Origin: Podarcis pityusensis
Lineage: Eukaryota
Reading direction: 5' to 3' (one strand)
Assembly (NCBI GenBank): GCA_964106645.2
Contig: OZ067043.1
Length of the DNA: 64,000 bases
Position numbers and translations under genes: made by a program. This document shows, in pieces, positions 26,130-37,840 of the stretch (positions are counted from its first letter, which is position 1; the number at the start of each line of letters is the position of its first letter). The notes under the pieces were generated by a model. That model had not been told where the DNA came from, ran no database searches, and saw only the letters and a program-made list of their open reading frames with translations.

Positions 26130-26900
26130 TGCAATAGTGCAGCAACCCTTCGCAGACGCTTGGGAGCAAGTACTGTTGGAACTCCGTGGGGTGGATCGGG
26201 GTTGCACCGCTGCAGTCACGAGTCCTGCACGCTTCCAGGGGCGCAATAAAGCCGGCTGAAACGCAGCGAGCCTGCCGAGGAAAACGCGCAGGATAAAAGC
26301 GCGCTGCTGCAATCCTATGTAGACTTGGAGCGGGATCCTAACCGTTCTTTCTCACAGCAACAAGCCCAATCGGTGCGCTTGGACCGCAGTCTCAAGTTAA
26401 CCCGGTTGAACTCAAGTTACAGACTCGCTCTGCCCGCGCTGGGAACATGCGCACGGGCCGCAAGTTTGTCCCAAGCGGGCCGCCGTCGGACTAAGATGGC
26501 GGCGCCCATAGAGCGGTAAAGTGGGCGGGCGGGGATGGGGGAGAGCCGGCGCCGATGGCTGAGTTCAAGCGCTGGAAGGAGCAGCGGCTGTCGCGCGCGG
26601 ACGGGAGCCGGAAGGGCAGCGTGGACGAGCCCATTGCGGGGATCGTGCGGCTTCTCAATGGGCACGACAGCTTCTGCACCACCAGCTCGTGCTCGGGGCG
26701 CGTGGTTGTGCTGGAGCAGCCGCCCCTGCCTCCCCGCGCCGAGGTGAGCGCGGCTAAGGATCGCTTGGAGAAGGGAGCTGGGCTGGGGCGATACTGCCAC
26801 CGCCACCAACGCGGGGGATCCGGAAACCCAACAGCGTTTTCCTCCAGCCTAAATGGCTCAGGGTGTCTCCTGCGTCCTCTGGAGTTTTGTGCAGATTTCG
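26130..26900 (+). promoter_or_regulatory. CpG island / TYW3 promoter
   Basis: Dense CpG; NRF1-like CATGCGCA (~26447), YY1-type AAGATGGCGGC (26493-26503), GGGCGG boxes (~26523-26534). Confidence 0.75.
26555..26743 (+). CDS. TYW3: TYW3 coding exon 1
   Basis: [10 protein letters not shown]...[24 protein letters not shown]|gtgagc. Confidence 0.93.
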
Positions 26901-29900
26901 GAACACCGCCCATGTTTTATTCATAAGTAAAACCTTAGTTCCGTACGCTCCTGTGCGAATCTTAATTTTTAGGATTTAGAATAACGCGGAGAGCCTGTCG
27001 GGCTTCTTAAAGCCTAATGCATTTCATAAAATTTGTAATAAAAACCCCACCACTACACTCAAAGCGGTGTATGAAAAGATAAAACCGTAAAATCGTGGCG
27101 GGGGGTGGGGTGGAATTTGACACACTAAAACATACGAGAGGTTAAAATACTAAAACAGATTAAAACCAGTGTGCCGTTAAATCGACTTCCTCAGACTGCA
27201 GGTTCTCGAAAACGTAATAAGACATTTATTAGTCCGCTTAAGGCGCCGCAAAATTCTGGGATGCTTTTGTTGTCGGAGACGGTGGTGGCTGCTCTTCTGG
27301 AAATCCTTGCTTAGTGGGACTTGCTACTGAGTAGCCGTCAGCAATAGGAATCCAGGGGTGCAGCCATTTCTACCGATCCCCGCCCCACTCACAGCCGCTA
27401 GACGTTGGGATTCAGCATCTCCTCTCCTTAAAATTGCATTATCTCCCTATGGAAAGAAATCTGCCTTTTCCAAACTTATTCAGGATTTTCAGTTCAGCTC
27501 ACAGAAGTTTAAATGGGGATTGAAAACACACACCTCGTGCCTTCGTCAAGGCCCAAGGTGACTCACAGCATTAAAAGGAAAACAGTTTAACAACCCACAG
27601 TCAGCATAAATGGGGATGTTTTTGGGGGGGGGGGGAGTAATTTTGTTGAAACAGCACCGGAAACACTGAAAACCATTTAAATGAAAAAAGCAGGATGGAT
27701 ATAAATGTGTGTAAACCCACCCTCAGAAGTCTTTTCCACAACAGCCCCTTAGTGGCCAAAGGCTTTGCTTGCTGCAGAAAGGAAAGGAGAGAGGGTGCCA
27801 GGCTAGCCTCCCATGGAAGGGTGTTCCACAATCTGGGAGGAGCCACCAAAAAGGCTCGCTCTTGTGACTTCCCCCAATGTGCCTGTCAGGGTATTGGGAC
27901 CAAAACAGAAGTCTCCCTAGAAGATCTCAAAGCCCAGGCAGACTCAAATAGAGAGATCTGATCCCTCAGTTATCCTAGACACAAGCCATAGGTCATAACT
28001 AGTGCTTTGAGATGTTTCTGGAAACAAACGTAACCAGTGGAGTTGTTATACTCCCTGTAACTGGCTCCAGTTAGCAAGCTGGTTGCAGCATCTTAAGACA
28101 CTTTCCACAGGCAGCCCCACATAGAGCATGTTGCAATAATCCAAATGGGGTATAATTAAGACATGTACCACCATGGGCAGATCAGGCGTCTCCTGGAGCT
28201 GGCACAGTTGGTGCACAAGTGTAACTCTCCACAGCCCCAGTAGAATCCCTATTTCCTGATCTGCCTTTTTACTGACCAGGTGCCTTGTCTTTTTTTTTGT
28301 TGTTGTTCACCCCTATTTGGTCCATTACTGACACCAGGCAATAGTTTAGCACCGAAACACCTTCCTCAGATTTAAGATGGAGAGAGAGAGAGATAGTTGG
28401 ATGTCATTTGCATACTGGTGACACTGAAACCCAAAACTCTGGACAAGGTTATCGATGGAGGTCCATTCTTAACCTGAAACTATTCTTAACCTGAGGTACC
28501 ACTTTAGCTAATGGGGCCTCCCGTTGCCACTGCGCCGCCACCACATGATTTCTGTTCTCCTCCTGAAGCAAAGTTCTTAACCTGAACTAGGTTAGTGGGG
28601 TCTGTAACCTGAAGCGTATGTAGCCTGAAGCGTGCCCAAGGTACCACTGTACCAGTAGCTGGAAATCACAGGTGGGAGAAAGAGTGCTTTTGAACTCAGG
28701 TGCAGCTTCCTATGGGCATTTGATTGGGCATTGTGAGAACAGGATATTTTATCAGGCCTTTGGCCTGATCCAGCAGCAGTCATCTTCTGTTCATAAGGTT
28801 TCTTTTACCTAAGCCCAATGTGGCAGGTTCCAAAAAAGATTGTTTTTTGGTTATTTCTCTTGTCTCCTTCCCTCTCCTTCTGCTGAAACATCTCATACTC
28901 TCACTTTGACACATTTGTTCCACCGCACTGTGCTTTTCTATCTGGCCTTTCTTTCTCCCACTCACCTGCGGTGTGAAATTTGTTGTGGGAAGTGTTCTGC
29001 ATTGGTTTCTATATATCCAGAGATTTGTGAAACGATTTCGCCTTCCTGCTAGGCTACCACCGGCTTTGAGATACAGAAGCAGAATTGCAACTGGCTCATG
29101 GTGACCCATCAAATATGTACAATCGAAAACGTGGTAAGAGAACTGTTCCAGGGTGAATTCTTTATGCATGCATAGAAAATCCTTGTTTGTTCTATTTGCA
29201 TACAGTCAATAATTTTGAGATTTATTTTGAGATCTGGAAATTGTAGCAGTTTCCAATATCTACCAGGTGAGGGCAGACTTAGGGTAGCAGATGCAAGATG
29301 TTAGCACAGAAATAAAATGCCATTGTTGTAGAATGATATGTTAGATTTTTCATATTTGGCTAATAGAATTGTAACAGTGAAAGTATGAGAGATCTTTAAC
29401 ATCTATGAATCAGTTGCATGTAATATAGGCTGTATTTCACTTGTTAAAAAAAGTGGACTACCAAGTTTTTAAAGAAGGCAAGACATTTGATTCCATTGCT
29501 GCTGTATTTCTGCTTGTAATAGTTATAATCTTTGTGTGATAGCCTTAATGCTATCACACAAATATTATAATTGCTACCTGTCTGATGCAGGATTTCCAGG
29601 AGGCCAGTTCTTTTACATCAGAAGATACAGCATTCCACGCTTGTAGATCTGATTGAATCTCTGGAGGGAAGACTGTAGTTCCAGTAACTAAATACGTGAA
29701 AATATTTCCCTGACGCCCCTTTCTCAAAACACCACATGGCAAAACTCTCTATTATTATTATAGTTTAATGAAAAATGGGTATTTCTGAGATCTGAAAAAG
29801 GACTTGTTTCAACCTCAGCAGTATATAATTACAGTTCCAGAAGTTATGCTTTCATATTTATTGATTGAGAGCCTGATCCTACACCCACTGGGAATTTGGC

Positions 29901-32900
29901 AGTTGGAAGAAAGGCGGGAGTGTGCATAGGAAATTACTTTCAGTATTTTAATATTAAAGTTGAGCCTTTTGCAGGAAATTAGTGATCTAGAAGCTATACG
30001 GTAACAATATCCTTCAATCACAATGCATATTTCAGAACCATATTTTGAAGAAACGTGATTTGTAAGTCTCCATAGATTTAGCCAAAGAAACTATAAGCAT
30101 GTGTAGAGGAAAAACAGCCAGTGCTTTCTTTGAAGAATGCACCATAGCAGCTCTAATACCCGATAGCTGTGTTTTAAAATGAATTTGTCTGTTGAAGCTG
30201 CTTTCTTTATCTAGTGATGCTACTATTGTGGCAAATTCCTTCTTCTTTTATCTCAAGGTACACCCAGGGTGTCCTCCTTCCATACCTGCCTATATCTTTT
30301 TTTGGATTTATGGTTTAGGATGATGATTAAATTGTATTTTATATGCTTCCTTTTCCTAGGATAGAGGATAAATCATTTTAACTGTAACTGTTCTGCTAGA
30401 CGTACCTGTGAAAACTGGGAGGTGGGGGGAGAGGGAATATAGAAAAGTATGTTTGGGAGTCTGTAATTAAAGTAAATTTTCAAATACACTGGCACCTTCA
30501 TAATTAGGGTATTTTGAATGGAGTACGTATTTAAGAGCACAGGCCAGCTGATCTTACTTAAGCTTATCATTTCCAATGATTGGTTGAGTGGAGGAAGTTC
30601 AAACAACTGATCTTTATTCTATCCCCTGTGGCTCCCTGGAAACTCGCTAGAATTCGGGTGGATCTCCTGAACACTAGGGGCTGTACAACTGCAGTGCGAG
30701 GAGAGCAAAAGAATCTTGATCCAGGAGTCTCTCCCAACCCTCTGGCGAGGATTTCCCAGCAACCTTTCTCTTCTGACAGGGTTGCATGCTTTGCCTTCCA
30801 CTTGCACAACCATAGTATACAACCCCTTGTTTTTACTTCAAGAGGTTAGTATAGAATTTCAGGGGCTGGTAGTTAAAGAACCCGGCTCTTATTTTTAGAT
30901 CTCTAGCCCATAGTCGAAAGAGCATGGAGAAGAAGTGCTGAATCCATATGCCATGCAATATGGTCAAAGAGCCCAGGCGAGCTTAAGGTGTTAAAGAAGA
31001 TGAAGTTGTGTGTCCTAGCAACCGTGTGGTCTCCTAGCAGCAGACATTCCATCAGGTAGCAGAAGGGAGGGGGAGAAAAGAAGAAGGGTTGTCATCAATC
31101 ATCGCTGCTGAGAGACAAGCTGCCTTTGGCTCTTCCTCAGAGCTGTCACTTAGTGACAGCCATTCTATCCCAGCTGATTGTTGTATGAACTGGTTTCTTC
31201 CCCACCCCACACTAAGGACCTCCTTAGCAAGCCGCTCAGGGAACCTTTTCAGCTAATGAGTGGGCAAAAGCAGTTTTAATTAATTATTGAATAATTGGTA
31301 TTGGAGGTTTAACCTTTCTATGTAGAGAAATTTGATGTGCCTAACTTGAATCTATAACTTCATTAGAGACCTGCAAACCTGTAGAAAGTTTGGGGAAAAA
31401 TCAGATGTTATATGAAGATTTCTAATGATATTTTAAAGAAAAAACTAATACAGTGGTACCTCTGGTTAAGTACTTAATTCGTTCTGGAGGTCCGTACTTA
31501 ACCTGAAACTGTTCTTAACCTGAAGCACCACTTTAGCTAATGGGGCCTTCTGCTGCTGCCACGCCGCCGGAGCACGATTTCTGTTCTCATCCTGAAGCAA
31601 AGTTCTTAACCTGAAGCACTATTTCTGGGTTAGCAGAGTCTGTAACCTGAAGTGTATGTAAGCTGAAGCGTTTGTAACCTGAGGTACCACTGTACATACA
31701 TCCTACCAACAATAGTTGGATTTGTTTTGATTTGTAGTTATTTTAATTGATGCATTCTTTCCTTTCACTTTGCAATATCGTTTGAATTAGTGTGGCCTAC
31801 TACAGATTAATCACTACTCTTGGCTCATAACTATAGCTAAAAGCATTACTTAAATTCAGGCCAGATTATTTATTTTGGATGGGCAGAAAAATAGAGAAAC
31901 TTTGAACTGTGCAGGCAAGAACTTCTATAGAGTACAAACTTTCACATGGTTGGCACCAGCCATGATCCGACAATGGTAATTTAGCAACTGTACAAATTCT
32001 GCTGTGGTAAAAATTCCTCACTGAAGGGAAATTATACTCTAGCTGGAGCTGCTGCTTTTATCTAGCATAGAATAGTGACATTTACTAGACTAGATTTCAG
32101 TCTGCTTCTGTGCTGGTCAATCTCTTTCCAAAGTGGAGAGATAATATTCCTGAATGAAGGCACTGCTGAGAGGAAAAAGTAGTCATATACTGGTCTCTCC
32201 TCCCGCCCTTTAAAAGTCATCCTTTAAAAAAAAAAGTTTCACAATTTGATTGTCGAATATGTGCCCCCTCCCAAAATTTACACATCTCTCGAAGCAGTGC
32301 TTTACCCTTGCTGCTAGATTGAGTATTTTTAAAAAACAGATTGTTTGGAGGCTTTTGGTGAGACTTTACGAATTTGGAGCAAATGATTCAGCAGAGGAAA
32401 CACAGCCCAGAATAACTAAGGAGATAGTACAAGAATACTTGGCTAGTTTAGATTTATTCAAGTCTCCAGGGCCAGATGAACTGCATCCAAGAGTATTAAA
32501 AGAACTGGCAGATGTGATCTCAGAACCACTGGCAGTCATCTTTGAGAATTCCTGGAGAACAGGCGAAGTCCCGGCAGACTGGAGGAGGGCAAATGTTGTC
32601 CCTATTTTCAAAAAGGGGAAAAGAGAGGACCCAAATAATTACCACCCAGTCAGTCTGACATCAATACCAGGGAAGATTCTGGAGCAGATCATTAAGCAAA
32701 CAGTCTGTGAGCACCTAGAAAGGAATGCTGTGATCACCAATAGTCAGCATGGATTTCTGAAAAATAAGTCATGCCAGACTAACCTGATCTCATTTTTTGA
32801 CAGAATTACAAGCCTGGTAGATGAAGGGAACGCAGTGGATGTAGCCTACCTTGATTTCAGCAAGGCATTTGACAAGGTGCCCCATGATATTCTTGTAAAG

Positions 32901-35900
32901 AAGCTGGTAAAATGCGGTCTTGACTATGCTACCACTCAGTGGGTTTGTAACTGGCTGACTGACCAAACCCAAAGGGTGCTCATCAATGGTTCCTCTTCAT
33001 CCTGGAGAAGAGTGACTAGTGGGGTGCCACAGGGTTCTGTCTTGGACCCGGTCTTATTCAACATCTTTATCAACGACTTGGATGATGGACTCAAGGGCAT
33101 CCTGATCAAATTTGCAGATGACACCAAACTGGGAGGGGTGGCTAACACCCCAGAGGACAGGATCACAGTTCAAAATGACCTTGACAGATTAGAGAACTGG
33201 GCAAAAACAAGCAAGATGAATTTTAACAGGGAGAAATGTAAAGTATTGCACTTGGGCAAAAAAAATGGGAGGCACAAATACAAGATGGGTGACACCTGGC
33301 TTGAGAGCAGTACATATGAAAAGGATCTAGGAGTCTTGGTTGACCACAAACTTGACATGAGCCAACAGTGTGACGCGGCAGCTAAAAAAGCCAATGCAAT
33401 TCTGGGCCTCATCAATAGGAGTATAGCATCTAGATCAAGGGAAGTAATAGTGCCACTGTATTCTGCTCCGCTCAGACCTCACCTGGAGTACTGTGTCCAG
33501 TTCTGGGCACCACAGTTCAAGAAGGAACGTGTCCAGAGGAGGGCAACCAAAATGGTCAAAGGCCTGGAAACGATGCCTTATGAGGAACAGCTAAGGGAGC
33601 TGGGCATGTTTAGCCTGGAGAAGAGGAGGTTAAGGGGTGATATGATAGCCATGTTCAAATATATAAAAGGATGTCACATAGAGGAGGGAGAAAGGTTGTT
33701 TTCTGCTACTCCAGAGAAGCGGACACGGAGCAATGGATCCAAACTACAAGAAAGAAGATTTCACCTAAACATTAGGAAGAACTTCCTGACAGTAAGAGCT
33801 GTTCGACAGTGGAATTTGCTGCCAAGGAGTGTGGTGGAGTCTCCTTCTTTGGAGGTCTTTAAGCAGAGGCTTGACAACCATATGTCAGGAGTGCTCTGAT
33901 GGTGTTTCCTGCTTGGCAGGGGGTTGGACTCGATGGCCCTTGTGGTCTCTTCCAACTCTATGATTCTATGATTCTATTCTGTGTATGTTGTGGACAGTCA
34001 CAGCTACACAACGCTGCCTCCAGAGCTCTAAAATGATATCACCTGTATCTTTGGGAAGTCAAATCCCAGTAGAATGTGTAGCTGAATCCATTATGCTGAA
34101 GGGAATAAACCAAGCAGAGTATGTAAAGTAGTACGTGTTGTAGAAATTTATTTTTAATTAGCAGGCTGAATCAGCTTCTGCTGTGCAGTGTTTTTGAGAT
34201 GCTAAATAGGCTAGCTATTTTCTTATGGCTCACAGATGTAGCACTGATAGTAACATACTGTACTGTGGATCTTCCAGCTTACAGCCTTACAGAAAGCGAC
34301 AGATGATGCCATATTCAAATTTGAACCATTTGTGCTTCATGTGCAGTGTCAAGACCTTCAAGATGCACAACTCCTGGTAAAGTGAAGTATTGCTGTTGTA
34401 CTTAAATTCCATACTTGCTACATAAGAAACAGTTGGCTCTTAACTAAGTTCTCACACCTACAAGCATTCCCCAAAGCATTCTGCGTTTAATAACTAGGAC
34501 TATGAAAATACGATGATGGGAGCGAAATGGGATTTTTATTATTTCTGCAGATGTGATGCTCACAAGTGAAATTATGGCTTGGTTAAAATCAACGGCAAAG
34601 ATTCCACTGATGTTGGAATGAGAATTTCAGAAACATTGCCTATCCTGTTTGGCTGACATGGTTTCATGTGGTAGCCAGCACGCTTTCGGGGCTAAACTTG
34701 TGATAATTAAGACTGTGACCATGCATCTTCCAGGAGCTATTGCAAGCTTCTTTCTACTACTTTGGTTCACATCAACAACAACAAAAATGCTATATTTGGC
34801 TTTTCCTAACTTTTTGGCTTTGCTGAGTATTATGTAATATGGCCACAATTTGGAGAAGTGCCTACTAGAGAAGACTTGGTGTTGCTGTTTTTTCCCTACA
34901 TGGCAACTCTTCGTCCATCCAGCGTTTCTCAAACTTGGGTCCCCAGCTGTTGTTGGACTATAACTCCCATCATCCCTGACCACTAATCCTCTAAGCTAAG
35001 GATGGTGGGAGTTATAGTCCAACAACAGCTGGAGACCCACGTTTGAGAAACATTGGTCTGTGCCATATTGCAAACTGTGTTTAAAGCTGGATGTTTTTCC
35101 CCCAAAAGTAGCCTTGGAAATTGTTTGGCAGCTCTGCTGCTCGAGAGATGCAAGCTCTCTCATGCACTGAGAGCAGAAGTGGGGCCATATTCCTTTGTGA
35201 GCAACCTTCTGGGGGCTGTAGGCAAGTGGAGGGCGGGCCAGAGAGAAAAGTGGGTGGAGCAACAAATGTGAATGAGGTGTAGCCTCAGAAGGCTCCAGGG
35301 GGCTGGATTTGGCCTCTGGGTCTGAGCTTCCTCGCCCCTGAATTGCTTGTAACATACGGCTTTTAAGCTTTCCAATTCACAACACATTTCCACACTACCA
35401 TCAAGCACGCCCCTATTGAATTCAAATCATGAACATTTTAGAGTTGCAATACAATTTACAGCACGGTGTTTTATCTAAAGCTCAGGGGTATTTCAAAGCA
35501 AAAACAACCGTTTATAATTCAGGTTTTAATATAACAAGTCATTTGAAATAACCATCCCTATTTCTGAAAGTATTTAGACTGTAAATAAATACTTGACAGT
35601 GCACTTAGTTTCATTGTTGCCCATCTCTCTGAGGCCATAGCTGAAGGATGTGGTTGATGACGGCTGTTTCCCCTCTTGCCTTTTACAGCACAAAGTGGCT
35701 ATAGAAGCCGGGTTCCGGAACTCTGGCATAACTGTTGGCCGAAAAGGAAAAATTATGATGGTATGTTATGTGTTCCTACATTGCGGGGGGGGGGGGCAGG
35801 CACAGCCGAAGTACTGCTTCCATGTATTTACCGTATTTTTCGCTCTACAAGACACACCAGACCATAAGACGCACCTAGTTTTGGGAGGAGGAAAACAAGA

Positions 35901-36225
35901 AAAAAATATTCTGAATCCCAGAAGCCAGAAAAGCAAGAGGGATCGCTGCGCTGTTCTGGCTTCAGCGATAGCTGCGCAGGCTGCATTCGCTCCATAAGAC
36001 GCACACACATTTCCCTTTACTTTTTAGGAGGGGAAAAGTGTGTCTTATAGAGCGAAAAATACAGTATGTGGCCTTCTCAGGTTCTACGATGGCAGGGATG
36101 TCTTTTTGAGGCACTGGTATGACAGGCATGAATACGGCTTTGAGTCCAGTACCCAGTAGAATGCTGTGGTCCTAACAATAATGCTGAAGAGAATAAACCA
36201 AGCAAAACCAGAGTGGTAAGGCAGG

Positions 36226-36267
<42 letters not shown>

Positions 36268-37120
36268 TTGGAATCAGCTTCAACCCATCTTGAGGTGCCC
36301 CCAAATGCTCTTGGTCAGACCTTGAGAGCAGCCACAGCCCTAAAAGTCATTACATCGTGGTTGCCACATATATGACTACATGCTAATTTTCATCAAGCTA
36401 TGTGAACTGGTGGAAATATGCAGTGCCTCCCTTTTGCCGTCTCGTTCCCAAAATGCAATGATAAAATTATTACTTTTCTTTAATTAATTTGCCTCCCCGG
36501 TGGGGGTAGCTGCTGCCTCCAGTTCAGTAAATGATGGTGAAATCTAGGTTTTCTGTTTTCGTCTCACTTGCAGGCTGTCCGTAGCACTCACTGCTTAGAA
36601 GTTCCCCTAAGCAGGAAAGGAAAACTGATGGTCAGTGAAGAATACGTTGACTTTGTGGTTCAAGTTGCTAATCAGAAGATGGAAGAAAATTGGAAGAGAA
36701 TTGACAGGTTTGTTAACAATAAATAACTAGTTTATACCAATCCTAACAGTTAAAACATTGGTAGCAGGAAAAGGAAGAAGATGTAGATAAGATGCAAGTG
36801 GTAAGCTACCAGATAGAAAGCTAAAATTAACTTATTGTCTAGCAGACCTTGAAGAAACCCAAGTCCATATGCCTTTATTTTTATTTTTTTAAAGGTTTTA
36901 CAGCTCTCTCCAGCTTGCTTTGGAAAGCAGAGACCATTCCATTAGCTCACCTCTCGAGGAGAAAGAAGAGAACAAAGAAGAGAGCAATACCATGGACTCC
37001 TACAGAAGAAAAATTAAGTCTAAAGGAACTGAAAAGGATGGTGAATGTACTTCTCCTGGGAAAAACAGAGGCTTAGAAAGTGAAGATGAGACAGAAAACA
37101 GTCTTGGTGTTTTTCACTAA
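26555..37120 (+). CDS. TYW3: TYW3, tRNA wybutosine-synthesizing protein 3 (spliced CDS span, 266 aa)
   Basis: Join of 26555-26743, 29053-29133, 34278-34376, 35689-35760, 36574-36707 and 36895-37120 = 801 nt; GT-AG introns; motifs [45 protein letters not shown]. Confidence 0.97.
27750..28430 (-). mobile_element. Degenerate L2-type LINE fragment
   Basis: Minus-strand [10 protein letters not shown], typical of L2 ORF2 C-termini; boundaries approximate. Confidence 0.5.
28455..28649. mobile_element. Partial Tc1/mariner-type MITE (31451 family)
   Basis: TTAACCTGA repeats and GGTACCACTG-TA end shared with 31451-31692. Confidence 0.7.
29053..29133 (+). CDS. TYW3: TYW3 coding exon 2
   Basis: [27 protein letters not shown], 81 nt, tag/gtaag. 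Confidence 0.93.
31451..31692. mobile_element. Tc1/mariner (Tigger-like) MITE
   Basis: TIR CAGTGGTACCTC / GAGGTACCACTG with TA TSDs; related copies at 28455 and 61218. Confidence 0.85.
32369..33976 (+). mobile_element. 5'-truncated CR1 LINE (RT part of ORF2 plus 3' tail) in TYW3 intron 2
   Basis: ORF with [36 protein letters not shown]; 3' end (ATTCTATG)n; no endonuclease domain; apparent short in-frame deletion at FKK^ERVQ; 5' boundary approximate. Confidence 0.93.
34278..34376 (+). CDS. TYW3: TYW3 coding exon 3
   Basis: [33 protein letters not shown], 99 nt. Confidence 0.93.
34920..35055. mobile_element. hAT-type palindromic MITE
   Basis: CAGCGTTTCTCAAAC...GTTTGAGAAACATTG with the GGACTATAACTCCCATCATCCCT core shared by many fragments in the window. 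Confidence 0.7.
35689..35760 (+). CDS. TYW3: TYW3 coding exon 4
   Basis: [24 protein letters not shown], 72 nt. Confidence 0.93.
35831..36064. mobile_element. pogo/Tc1-mariner-type MITE in TYW3 intron 4
   Basis: TA-CCGTATTTTTCGCTCTACAAGAC...GTCTTATAGAGCGAAAAATACAG-TA. Confidence 0.8.
36230..36266. repeat. (TA)n microsatellite
   Basis: Read directly. Confidence 0.95.
36574..36707 (+). CDS. TYW3: TYW3 coding exon 5
   Basis: [44 protein letters not shown](R), 134 nt. Confidence 0.93.
36895..37120 (+). CDS. TYW3: TYW3 last coding exon
   Basis: aag|G TTT TAC...: [14 protein letters not shown]...NSLGVFH-TAA; phase matches exon 5. Confidence 0.88.
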
Positions 37121-37387
37121 AATATGGTACAGATAATTGTGTGAAGTAGATATATACCCACATTATGTTTGTATAATGTTTAGTTTGTTTTGCTCTTTGT
37201 GAGAGCTTAGCCGATAGATTACTGTGCTCTATAAAGTAGCATTTTCTTAACATAGATTACTATGGATATTAAATTACCAGCAAAGTAATAGAATGCCACA
37301 AAATGTCAATGAACATAGGGAAATGGCATTTTTAATACCGGAGGTAAAACTTGTTCTTCAAGCAATATTGTTTTACACAAAATATGC

Positions 37388-37795
37388 TGTCAGGGAACTG
37401 CCATCGGAAGGAAGGGAAGTGAAAGGGCTCACACAGGTTGGGAGAGACTCAGCAGCTGAAGAGGGAACCAGTAGGGGGAGAGGAGCTGAGCTGAGGGAAA
37501 GGGAGCTGGAGGGATGGCTCAGAGACACTTCCAGCGAAAACAGTGGGGAGGTTTCAGGACCTCCTGTAGGGACACCCACTCCTCGCCGGAAACTGTCACG
37601 CAGAGAGTCCAGAAGACGTGTTTCCGTTAAGGAGCTTTTATGTTGGAAGCGATTCCGAAAGCAACCACTGTCGGAATCTGCCAGCGACTGACGGAGCCAT
37701 GTTTAAGGGGCTCCGTTACAGACAGAGGTTTGCAAACTTGACCAAACTCTGAGGGACTAGGATTTTACACACAAGCAGCTCATCGTCCCATCACA
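37388..37795 (+). repeat. 5' LTR (408 bp)
   Basis: Direct repeat of 42471-42878 with a single difference (C37625 vs T42708). Confidence 0.97.
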
Positions 37796-37840
37796 GCATT
37801 CCGACAGTCTTCGTGAGCAGCTTGTGCAGGAGAAGGCATC

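Noticed and set aside
25687-26259. 190-aa ORF between CRYZ and TYW3
   Set aside because: No recognisable domain; GC-rich promoter DNA depleted of stop codons.
26744-26926. Continuation of the TYW3 exon 1 ORF to 123 aa
   Set aside because: Read-through past the GTGAGC donor; TYW3 similarity resumes at 29053.
31451-31692. Regularly spaced TTAACCTGA repeats resembling a CRISPR-like array
   Set aside because: Internal repeats of a TA-flanked MITE present three times in the window; eukaryotic DNA.
32250-32368. N-terminal extension of the 549-aa CR1 ORF
   Set aside because: Intronic flank that happens to be open; it starts at TTG and does not look like CR1, so this is not an autonomous LINE or a domesticated gene.
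37293-37691. 132-aa ORF ending identically to Pol
   Set aside because: Chance fusion of a host ATG to the 5' LTR copy of the Pol C-terminal frame; no evidence that it is a separate gene.
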